DNA of 33,985 nucleotides from an uncultured Collinsella sp. (GTDB lineage: Bacteria; Actinomycetota; Coriobacteriia; Coriobacteriales; Coriobacteriaceae), in assembly GCA_902482615.1 (NCBI GenBank), contig CABTAA010000001.1, positions 1 to 33,985 of the forward strand. The letters run 5' to 3'. The position numbers and the translations under genes are program-made. The notes beneath the pieces were generated by a model, which worked only from the letters and a program-made list of their open reading frames with translations, did not search any database and had not been told where the DNA came from. Shown piece by piece: positions 26,625 through 33,985 of this stretch; the stretch's first letter is position 1; the number at the start of each line of letters is the position of its first letter.

Positions 26625-27560
26625 ATGCAGGAAACTGATTCTCAGTCTCAGGAGCAGGCTACCGCCACTAAGGCCGCATCTGCTCCCGCCAAGTCCCGCA
26701 CGCTGTGGGGCGACGCTTTTAAGCGTCTTCGTAAGAACAAGCTCGCCGTTATCGGTGTCTGCTGGATCATCATCGTCGTTGTGGTTGCCCTGACCGCAGA
26801 TCTGTGGGCTAAGCCCTGGCTCGGTTCGCCGACGGCTTCCGATTCGACTACCATGGCCGAGACGTCGCTGCTGGCTCCGTGTGCAGAGCACCCGTTTGGC
26901 ACCGACGCCCTTGGTCGTGACATTCTCGTCCGCGTTATCTACGGTGCGCGCGTTTCGCTGTCCGTCGGAATTATGGCCACCGCGATCTCCACGCTGATTG
27001 GTCTGGTCATGGGTGCTCTGGCCGGTTTCTACGGCGGCATCTGGGATACGATCATCATGCGCTGTGCGGATATTTTCCTGGCGTTCCCGTACGTGCTTTT
27101 CGTTGTCGCCATGATCGCCGTTATCGGCCGTGGTCTTCAGAACGTCTTTTTCGCCATCGGCATTCTCGGCTGGCCTTCGATTGCGCGCGTCTTCCGCTCT
27201 GCAATCTTGACGGTCAAGGAAAACGACTATGTTGACGCTGCGCGCGCGATGGGTGCATCTGATGCTCGTATCGTCGTGCGTCACATCTTCCCGAACTCCG
27301 TCGCTTCCATCGTGGTTTACGCGACCATGAACATTGGTGGCGCCATTCTGACCGAGTCCGCTCTGTCCTTCCTCGGTATGGGCGTTATTCCGCCTACGCC
27401 TTCGTGGGGCTCCATGATTCAGGACGGTCAGCAGTATCTTCTGACCGCTCCCTGGATGATGATCATGCCCGGTCTGGCAATTCTTTCGACGGTGCTCGCC
27501 TTCACCCTGCTGGGTGACGGTCTGCGCGACGCCCTCGACGTCAAGATGAAGGACGCATAA
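26625..27560 (+). CDS. oppC: Oligopeptide ABC permease
   Basis: HPFGTDALGRD, DYVDAARAMG, ESALSFLG, GDGLRDALD. Confidence 0.9.
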   Translation: MQETDSQSQEQATATKAASAPAKSRTLWGDAFKRLRKNKLAVIGVCWIIIVVVVALTADLWAKPWLGSPTASDSTTMAETSLLAPCAEHPFGTDALGRDILVRVIYGARVSLSVGIMATAISTLIGLVMGALAGFYGGIWDTIIMRCADIFLAFPYVLFVVAMIAVIGRGLQNVFFAIGILGWPSIARVFRSAILTVKENDYVDAARAMGASDARIVVRHIFPNSVASIVVYATMNIGGAILTESALSFLGMGVIPPTPSWGSMIQDGQQYLLTAPWMMIMPGLAILSTVLAFTLLGDGLRDALDVKMKDA

Positions 27561-27562
27561 GG

Positions 27563-28654
27563 ATGAAGAAGAACAAGAACTATGTGGACCTGAAGGACCA
27601 GCCGGTTCCCGAGGGCCAGCATCTGCTCGAGGTCGATGACCTTAAGATGTATTTCCACACCGAGGATGGCGTTGTTCGCGCTGTCGACGGTGTCTCCTAC
27701 ACGCTCGATCGCGGCGAGACCCTGGGTGTCGTCGGTGAGTCCGGTTCCGGTAAGTCCGTGACCGCCATGACCATCATGGGCCTCATCTCGATGCCTCCGG
27801 GAAAGATTGAGGGCGGCGACGTTCGCTATCGCGGTCGTTCTATCCTCGAAATGACCGAGGAAGAGATGCAGCACATTCGCGGTAACGACATCGCGATGAT
27901 CTTCCAGGATCCTATGACCTCCTTGAACCCGGTCTATAAGATCGGCAAGCAGGTGGGCGAGGGCCTTCGTCTGCACCGTGGTTACTCCAAGCAGGAGGCG
28001 CTCAAGCGCGCCACCGAGCTTTTGGACCTCGTTGGCATTCCCGAGCCCGAGAAGCGCGTCAATGAGTATCCGCACCAGTTCTCGGGCGGCATGCGTCAGC
28101 GCGTCATGATTGCCATGGCTCTTGCCTGCGATCCCGATATCCTGATTGCCGACGAGCCCACGACTGCTCTGGACGTTACCATTCAGGCTCAGATTATTGA
28201 GCTTATGCAGGAAATGCAGGAGAAGAACGGCAACGCCATTATCATGATTACCCATGACCTGGGTGTTGTCGCCGATATGGCCGATAAGATCATGGTTATG
28301 TACGCCGGTCGTCCCGTCGAGTTCGGTACTGCTGAGGAAATCTTCTACGAGAGCCGCCACCCCTACACCTGGGGCCTTATCCGCTCCATCCCGGAGCAGG
28401 CCATCGAAGAGAAGAAGCCTCTTACGCCGATTCACGGCAACCCGCCTTCGCTCATGAACCTGCCTGAGGGCTGCGTCTTCTCTCCTCGCTGCCCCTATGC
28501 GACGGACAAGTGCCGCAAGCAGCGCCCCGAGCGCGTTGTCACCGAGTCTGGTCATTACTCTGCGTGCCACTACTCCGGTGACCCCGAGTTCCTCAAGAAC
28601 GCTCCTGAGACGTCCCGTACGCGCAAGGATTCCAAGAAGGGAGGCGAGGCGTAA
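27563..28654 (+). CDS. oppD: Oligopeptide ABC ATPase
   Basis: GESGSGKS, FSGGMRQR, DEPTTALD, C-terminal Cys-containing oligo_HPY region (HPYT...GCVFSPRCP). Confidence 0.92.
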   Translation: MKKNKNYVDLKDQPVPEGQHLLEVDDLKMYFHTEDGVVRAVDGVSYTLDRGETLGVVGESGSGKSVTAMTIMGLISMPPGKIEGGDVRYRGRSILEMTEEEMQHIRGNDIAMIFQDPMTSLNPVYKIGKQVGEGLRLHRGYSKQEALKRATELLDLVGIPEPEKRVNEYPHQFSGGMRQRVMIAMALACDPDILIADEPTTALDVTIQAQIIELMQEMQEKNGNAIIMITHDLGVVADMADKIMVMYAGRPVEFGTAEEIFYESRHPYTWGLIRSIPEQAIEEKKPLTPIHGNPPSLMNLPEGCVFSPRCPYATDKCRKQRPERVVTESGHYSACHYSGDPEFLKNAPETSRTRKDSKKGGEA

Positions 28655-29682
28655 TGGCAGATACCAACGAGCGTACTCCGCTGCTGAAGGTCGAGCACCT
28701 CTCTAAGGAGTTTCCCGCTGAGTCCGGCATGTTCGCCAAGCGCTTCTCCAAGCGTGTCGTCTCTGCTGTGAATGACATTTCGTTCGAGATTTATCCAGGT
28801 GAGACCTTTGGCCTGGTCGGCGAGTCTGGTTGCGGTAAGTCCACCACGGGCCGTACCATCATGCGCCTGACCAAGCCGACCGCCGGTAAGGTGTTCTTCC
28901 AGGGTAAAGATGTTGCCGAGATGAGCAAGCATGAGATCAAGGACATGCGTCGCGAGATGCAGTTTATCTTCCAGGATCCTTATGCTTCGCTGAATCCCCG
29001 CATGACCATCGGCGAGATCGTCTCCGAGCCCATGACCATTCACGGTGTGGGCACCAAGGAGGAGCGCATTGAGCGTGTCCGCGAGCTTCTCGACGTTGTC
29101 GGACTGAACCCCGAGCACATCAACCGCTATCCGCACGAGTTCTCAGGCGGCCAGCGCCAACGTGTCGGCATCGCCCGCGCGTTCGCTCTGAAGCCCAAGC
29201 TGATCATCTGCGACGAGCCTGTCTCTGCACTTGATGTATCCATTCAGGCCCAGGTTCTGAACCTTCTTAAGGAGCTCCAGGACAAGTTCGGTACGGCTTA
29301 TCTTTTCATTGCTCACGACCTCTCTGTCGTACAGCACATTTCTGATCGCGTTGCCGTTATGTATCTGGGTAAGATGGTTGAGGTTTCGGACTGGAAGACG
29401 CTCTATAGCGAGCCCCACCATCCGTACACGCAGTCGCTGCTGTCTGCCGTGCCGGTTCCCGATCCGGATATCCAGAAGACCCGTAAGCGCATCATCCTCG
29501 CCGGCGATCCGCCGTCACCGTTGGATCCGCCGACCGGTTGCCGTTTCCACACCCGCTGCCCGATCGCGCAGGGTATTTGCTCTGAGAAGCTTCCCGAGTT
29601 TAAGGAAGTTGCCCCGGGCCACTGCTGCGCGTGCCACTTCGCGGAGCCGTTCCCGATCAAGGAATCGCACATCGACCTGTAG
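28654..29682 (+). CDS. oppF: Oligopeptide ABC ATPase
   Basis: GESGCGKST, FSGGQRQR, DEPVSALD, GCRFHTRCP; TAATG overlap with oppD. Confidence 0.92.
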   Translation: MADTNERTPLLKVEHLSKEFPAESGMFAKRFSKRVVSAVNDISFEIYPGETFGLVGESGCGKSTTGRTIMRLTKPTAGKVFFQGKDVAEMSKHEIKDMRREMQFIFQDPYASLNPRMTIGEIVSEPMTIHGVGTKEERIERVRELLDVVGLNPEHINRYPHEFSGGQRQRVGIARAFALKPKLIICDEPVSALDVSIQAQVLNLLKELQDKFGTAYLFIAHDLSVVQHISDRVAVMYLGKMVEVSDWKTLYSEPHHPYTQSLLSAVPVPDPDIQKTRKRIILAGDPPSPLDPPTGCRFHTRCPIAQGICSEKLPEFKEVAPGHCCACHFAEPFPIKESHIDL

Positions 29683-29698
29683 TCGGTTGTTATCGTCC

Positions 29699-29830
29699 GG
29701 GCCCGTGCTGGACTTAGTTTTCAGAACGTCCTCGACCATGGAAACCCCCTTATCCTGCTCCTTCGGAGCTGCGGATAAGGGGGTTTCCTGGTCTGCGGAA
29801 TGTTCTGAAAACTAAGTCCAGCACGGGCCC
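29699..29830 (-). repeat. Rod-like hairpin element, family B, copy 1 (132 nt)
   Basis: 29 bp perfect outer stem from GGGCCC, 16 bp inner stem, GAA apex on the minus strand. Confidence 0.9.
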
Positions 29831-29894
29831 TGTGTTACCACTGCAGAGGGGTGCGATTCCTTGATCGCTCACTTTATCTAATAAGAAATTTAGT

Positions 29895-29920
29895 GAGGCC
29901 GGAGCTTTAGCTCCGGCCTC
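29895..29920. terminator. GC-rich hairpin, possibly a terminator (strand unclear)
   Basis: GAGGCCGGAGC-TTTA-GCTCCGGCCTC; A-rich run on its left, no T run on its right. Confidence 0.45.
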
Positions 29921-30010
29921 CCCATATAAGGGCTCGGCAAAGCTGAGCCACCAAATTTGTATCAGCCCCCAGAACATGTTTGAGAACTGTGTCCGGAGTA
30001 CATACTCCTA

Positions 30011-30135
30011 GGGCCGGAATGAGGTTGCTTTCCAACGCATTCCGCAGGGGGCGGCATTATTTTGTAGCGCGAAGCGCGGATCAAAATAATGCCGCATGCC
30101 CGAGGACGCGTTGGAAAGCAACCTCATTCCGGCCC
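30011..30135 (+). repeat. Rod-like hairpin element, family B, copy 2 (125 nt)
   Basis: 28 bp perfect outer stem from GGGCC, 14 bp inner stem, GCGC-GAA-GCGC apex. Confidence 0.9.
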
Positions 30136-30175
30136 GAACAGGTCATTCTACCTGCGCATTTACAAATTCGTAAAC

Positions 30176-30222
30176 TTTTTTGAAAAAAGTGCTTGCACAG
30201 TTCTCGAATCATAGGTTATTAT
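30176..30222 (+). promoter_or_regulatory. Housekeeping-sigma promoter of tRNA-Leu
   Basis: T6-G-A6 tract, -35 TTGCAC at 30193-30198, 18 nt spacer, -10 TATTAT at 30217-30222. Confidence 0.75.
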
Positions 30223-30279
30223 CTTCCTCGTTGAACGCGCGGGTCCAACAAAACGGACCGCGAATCAACAACATAGCAT

Positions 30280-30369
30280 GTCGGAGTGGCGGAATTGGCA
30301 GACGCGCTAGCTTGAGGTGCTAGTGACCGCTTTTTGGTCATGCGGGTTCAAGTCCCGCCTCCGACACCA
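30280..30369 (+). tRNA. tRNA-Leu (anticodon GAG)
   Basis: Acceptor stem GTCGGAG/CTCCGAC plus ACCA, anticodon arm CTAGC-TTGAGGT-GCTAG, long variable arm, GGTTCAAGT T loop. Confidence 0.97.
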
Positions 30370-30377
30370 TCGCATTT

Positions 30378-30405
30378 GAGAAGCCTCTTCGGAGGCTTTT
30401 TTGTT
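30378..30405 (+). terminator. Intrinsic terminator after tRNA-Leu
   Basis: AAGCCTC-TTCG-GAGGCTT followed by TTTTGTT. Confidence 0.9.
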
Positions 30406-30428
30406 ACCGATAGACGGTGGGGTCCACG

Positions 30429-32774
30429 ATGGAAACGCTTGAACGCAACGAGTGGGCAGACGTTGCCCAACTAGTCGAGATCACGAGCGATGCTGTCATC
30501 ATCTGCGAGCTCGACGGAACCATTCTGCATGTGAATAATCGCTTACTTGGTTTGATGTGCGAGGAACGCGCCGACGTCATCGGTAGAGATGTTAAAGACG
30601 TCCTGTACTCATCCGCTTTTGAACGAGCGACGGAACATCGTCTGCCATTTGAAACTGATGGCTCCGAGATCGAATTGATGCTCAAGCTGAGTGACGGCTC
30701 CTTTATCCCCGTCTTGGTTCGTGCGGGCTCCGTAACGCCTCCACGCATCTTTGGACGCCGCGCGCCACGTGTCCTGGTGGCGCTCCATAGCATCGAAGAA
30801 CAGTATTCGCACGACCGTCAGCTCAAGCGTGCGCTTTCGGAGCTTAGAGTGGCGAACAAGCGCCTCTCTGGCACGCTCTCGGTCATTATGAGTACCGTGG
30901 GCTCCGATGAGCTGCGCAGCCTACTTGATACCGTTTTGAACCAGCTTGTAGGAACGCTCGATGCTTCGGGTGCCGCTATCTATTTTTCTGAGAGCGGCGG
31001 TTTTAAGCTTCGCGGTGTTTCCAAGGAGCTGTACGACAGCTACCTGCCTGAGTTTTTGCCGTATGGCGCTGGCATTCCGACGTATGTTCTTCGTGAGTCG
31101 CGTGCCTGTCGCTTGTCGATTCAACAGGACCTTGAGGGTGATAAGGCCGCCTCCGGTATGTTCATGGACTTGGACAATCGTTCTAAGCACCTGTTGCGCA
31201 TGCAGGATATGCCTCCGTACCGCAGCGAGATCTGTCTTCCCGTTTTTTACGGTACGCAGATTCTTGGCGTGCTGGAAGTTGGTTGGAAACGCCCCCAGGC
31301 ACCGCTCGCCTATGACGTTAATGTACTCGAGGTCATTTGCGATTACCTGTCTATCCAGCTGGTCGGCATGGCATCGAGCCTTCGCTCCCGTCGCACGGCC
31401 GAGCTTGGCCGCTCGCTCAATGTCTTGCGTGATGGGTTGTTTACCTTTCTAGACGATTCCGCCGCGGCTACCCAGGCGGTATCGTCCGAGATCTGCAATA
31501 TGCTTAACTGCCATTTTTGCCCTGTTGAGTATGACGCCAGTCTGGATTCCTACGTCATAGATTTTGAAGGCGGCAGTCGCGTTGCTTTGCCGGACGATCC
31601 CGAGAAGCTTTTCTTTTCCACGACGGCGCCAGCGGCACGTCTGGGGGCTGGCCCTGATGGCTTTGAGGCATCTGTTTTGGGCGGCACGAGTGCCGAGGAC
31701 CTTAAACACGTCCGTATAACTCGCGTTGACGAATCGATGCCTATGGGAGGCTGGCTTAGGGCGCATGGTCTGCCTTGCCAGGGTCTCTACGTCGACTCCG
31801 GCATCGAGGCGGGGCGCCCGCGCTCTGAGGGTGATGGCAAACACAGTAACGACGCGATTGTTCCTGCTTCTGTTGCGAAGAGCCCGACGACGCGCGCGCT
31901 GCTGCTTCGTGATGGTAGCCAAGAGCCGATTGATGACCTTGAATATGACTACTTGGTGCACTTGGCGCATGACTTTGAGCTGATCTACGAAGGCGAATCT
32001 CAAAAGCGCGAGGAGCGCCATATCGCTCAGACCCTTCAGATTGGCATGAGAAATTCCCTGGGGGATGTTCCGGGTATCGCAACCGATTCGGTGTACCTGT
32101 CGGCCACGAACTCGGCGTTGGTCGGCGGCGATTTCTATACGCTCATCCGTCTTCCCGACGACTGCGCCGTCATGATTCTGGGTGATGTGTCTGGCAAAGG
32201 CATTGAGGCCGCATCGATGTCCGCGCTCGTCAAGACGGCCCTGACGGCATATGCCTGGGAGGGCGCTGGACCGGCCCGCATGGCACGCTCCCTTAACAGC
32301 ATGCTCATGGGCTTTTCGAGGGTCGAGACGTTCGTGACGGCCTTTATCGCCAAGATTGACCTTAAGGCCGGACGCGCAACGTATTGTTCGGCGGGCCATC
32401 CTCCGACCATGGTCATTAGGCCAGAGTCGATGCCGCTGGGTGGCGGCGAGGCACGTGGGGGAGAGGTCGAGCTACTTGGATGCCAATCGGGTGTAATCGG
32501 TGCCTTTGAGAGCATGGTGTACGAGACAGGCGTGTTTACGTTCGCTCCTGGCGACATGCTCTTCATGTATACGGATGGAACGATTGAGGCCCGCGACCGC
32601 ACCGGAGCGTTCTTTGGCGAGCAGCGCTTGCGCGATCTTCTGCTTTCTGTTTCGGGGGAGGGCGTGTCGGGCATTTGCGGCAAGGTCTTGGGCGAGCTTG
32701 ACCGATTTACCGAATCGGCGCTGGACGATGACATTGCATTGGTGTCCCTTGAGTTTTTACGGGGTCGTTCATAG
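30429..32774 (+). CDS. PAS/GAF sensor PP2C phosphatase, SpoIIE/RsbU/RsbP family
   Basis: N-terminal PAS-like DAVIICELDGTILHVN, GAF-like SEICLPVF...ILGVLEV, PP2C motifs GGDFY, GDVSGKG, AGHPP, YTDG, DDIAL. Confidence 0.88.
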   Translation: METLERNEWADVAQLVEITSDAVIICELDGTILHVNNRLLGLMCEERADVIGRDVKDVLYSSAFERATEHRLPFETDGSEIELMLKLSDGSFIPVLVRAGSVTPPRIFGRRAPRVLVALHSIEEQYSHDRQLKRALSELRVANKRLSGTLSVIMSTVGSDELRSLLDTVLNQLVGTLDASGAAIYFSESGGFKLRGVSKELYDSYLPEFLPYGAGIPTYVLRESRACRLSIQQDLEGDKAASGMFMDLDNRSKHLLRMQDMPPYRSEICLPVFYGTQILGVLEVGWKRPQAPLAYDVNVLEVICDYLSIQLVGMASSLRSRRTAELGRSLNVLRDGLFTFLDDSAAATQAVSSEICNMLNCHFCPVEYDASLDSYVIDFEGGSRVALPDDPEKLFFSTTAPAARLGAGPDGFEASVLGGTSAEDLKHVRITRVDESMPMGGWLRAHGLPCQGLYVDSGIEAGRPRSEGDGKHSNDAIVPASVAKSPTTRALLLRDGSQEPIDDLEYDYLVHLAHDFELIYEGESQKREERHIAQTLQIGMRNSLGDVPGIATDSVYLSATNSALVGGDFYTLIRLPDDCAVMILGDVSGKGIEAASMSALVKTALTAYAWEGAGPARMARSLNSMLMGFSRVETFVTAFIAKIDLKAGRATYCSAGHPPTMVIRPESMPLGGGEARGGEVELLGCQSGVIGAFESMVYETGVFTFAPGDMLFMYTDGTIEARDRTGAFFGEQRLRDLLLSVSGEGVSGICGKVLGELDRFTESALDDDIALVSLEFLRGRS

Positions 32775-32852
32775 ACGACGCTGGGCGCGTCGAATCCGCA
32801 CGGTTGGGGAAACGAATGCATCGAGTGGGCTTTTTTGGGGAACCATGGTCGT

Positions 32853-33599
32853 ATGAATGAGTGGAATGACATAGCGGTTTTGACGCCACCGGGTGATGTC
32901 GACATCGCATCGGTGCCGGTGCTGCGCCGACGGTTGGATAATTTGATCGACCGGGGCGTGCGTCGCGTTGTCATCAATTGCCAGGCCGTGGGCTTTATCG
33001 ACTCGACAGGTTTGGCGTTTTTGCTTACACGTGCCAGAGAGCTCATGAGGCGAGAGGGCCTGCTTTCGCTTGTTAACGCCTCCGATGAGGTTATTCGTTT
33101 TTTGGAGATTGCCCGACTTGTCGACATCCTGCATGTTGCGGGTCCGGCACGGGAGTCTATTCCTGCCATTCCGGTGGGGGAGCTGCCTCGCTGGAGCAAG
33201 AGCGTCGAGGTCCGTCAAGGTATCGAGAACCTTCCATACTACCGACATCGCATCGCCGAACTCCTCGAATCGCTTCCGTTGCGCCGTGACGAGCGCTACG
33301 ATGTCGCATTGGCGTCGGGGGAGGCGCTGGGTAATGCCTATGACCATGCGGGCGGTATCGGGTGCGTCCTGACGGTTCAGGCCTATGGCGATCGCGTTGT
33401 GGTCGAGGTACTTGATCGAGGTGCCGGCTACTCTATCGATGAAACGAGCGAACCGGTCGCATCTGATGAGCGCGGCCGTGGTATCAAGCTTATGCGTATG
33501 CTCGTCGATAACGTGGAGGTTGCTCGTCGTACAGACGGCGCCGGCACGCGTGTGCAGATGGTGAAGCTGTTTAACGGAGCGTCGGAATCGTGTGCCTAG
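32853..33599 (+). CDS. Fused STAS (anti-anti-sigma, RsbV-like) + GHKL Ser kinase (anti-sigma, RsbW-like) protein; start uncertain
   Basis: STAS motifs GDVDIAS and FIDSTGL (phospho-Ser motif); kinase N box EALGNAYDH, G1 DRGAG, G2 GRGIKLM. Confidence 0.85.
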   Translation: MNEWNDIAVLTPPGDVDIASVPVLRRRLDNLIDRGVRRVVINCQAVGFIDSTGLAFLLTRARELMRREGLLSLVNASDEVIRFLEIARLVDILHVAGPARESIPAIPVGELPRWSKSVEVRQGIENLPYYRHRIAELLESLPLRRDERYDVALASGEALGNAYDHAGGIGCVLTVQAYGDRVVVEVLDRGAGYSIDETSEPVASDERGRGIKLMRMLVDNVEVARRTDGAGTRVQMVKLFNGASESCA

Positions 33600-33646
33600 C
33601 CAATCGCTTTAGCGCGTTTAGCTACCAAGAACATGCGGCAGGCAAT

Positions 33647-33692
33647 TTTTTTGAAAAAAGTACTTGCGTCTTTTGGACAACTCGCGTAAATT
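33647..33692 (+). promoter_or_regulatory. Housekeeping-sigma promoter of the tRNA cluster
   Basis: T6-G-A6 tract, -35 TTGCGT at 33664-33669, 17 nt spacer, -10 TAAATT at 33687-33692. Confidence 0.7.
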
Positions 33693-33704
33693 AATAACCC
33701 GCAA

Positions 33705-33780
33705 GCGGACATGGCTCAGTTGGTAGAGCACAACCTTGCCAAGGTTGGGGTCGCGGGTTCGAGCCCCGTTGTCCGCTCCA
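33705..33780 (+). tRNA. tRNA-Gly (anticodon GCC)
   Basis: 76 nt cloverleaf, anticodon arm CAACC-TTGCCAA-GGTTG, ends TCCA. Confidence 0.98.
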
Positions 33781-33814
33781 TTGCATTTCCGGACCGTTTA
33801 GGCGGTCCTTTTTC

Positions 33815-33888
33815 GGCGAAGTGGCCAAGTGGTAAGGCAGAGGCCTGCAAAGCCTTTACCCCCGGTTCGAATCCGGGCTTCGCCTCCA
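33815..33888 (+). tRNA. tRNA-Cys (anticodon GCA)
   Basis: 74 nt, acceptor GGCGAAG/CTTCGCC plus TCCA, anticodon loop CTGCAAA. Confidence 0.98.
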
Positions 33889-33930
33889 GGCAACATCCGG
33901 GCGCTCCGGCGCCCGTTTTGTTTTACATAT

Positions 33931-33985
33931 GCGGACATGGCTCAGTTGGTAGAGCACAACCTTGCCAAGGTTGGGGTCGCGGGTT
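33931..33985 (+). tRNA. tRNA-Gly (GCC), second copy, cut by the window end
   Basis: Identical to 33705-33759 over the 55 nt visible. Confidence 0.93.

Noticed and set aside
29699..30135. Hairpins as a CRISPR array or autonomous IS element
   Set aside because: No direct repeat-spacer periodicity, no cas or transposase gene, and no clear target-site duplication.
29953..30168. AATTTGTA / TACAAATT complement flanking hairpin copy 2
   Set aside because: Only 8 AT-rich bases and not nested with the other flanking pairing; likely chance.
29750..30183. Small ORFs 29750-29977 (-) and 29980-30183 (+) as toxins or peptides
   Set aside because: They run through the palindromes, lack a convincing SD and show no recognisable protein features.
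30370..33704. Phosphatase module as a tRNA-integrated genomic island
   Set aside because: No integrase and no duplicated tRNA-Leu 3' end seen; the second tRNA-Gly copy starts at its 5' end like a normal tandem gene.

Overview
High-GC bacterial chromosomal window with every credible gene on the + strand. The gene set and order (uvrC ... rapZ-whiA, gap-pgk-tpi-gpmI-secG, Tat-type lipoproteins) suggest a gut actinobacterium, most plausibly Coriobacteriia/Collinsella-like; this is an inference. Contents in order: 3' part of uvrA, ybaK, murJ, uvrC; an ~11 kb sialic-acid utilisation cluster (family-5 ABC importer, two CE7-like esterases, nanA, nanK, nanE) placed between uvrC and rapZ; rapZ, whiA; gap, pgk, tpiA, gpmI, secG; a second Opp/Dpp-type ABC system; tRNA-Leu; a PAS/GAF/PP2C phosphatase plus a fused STAS-RsbW protein; tRNA-Gly, tRNA-Cys and a truncated tRNA-Gly. 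The most unusual signal is non-coding: two different families of 90-130 nt rod-like hairpins, each present as an inverted pair (one pair flanking nanK, one between oppF and tRNA-Leu). Within each pair the stem sequences differ while staying paired, and the purine-rich internal loops are conserved, which points to a structure-selected RNA or ssDNA element. Also notable: a multi-branched leader before the regulator-less nan operon, a probably inactive esterase paralog, and an orphan fused partner-switching module. All coordinates, folds and alignments were done by eye; no database search was possible.
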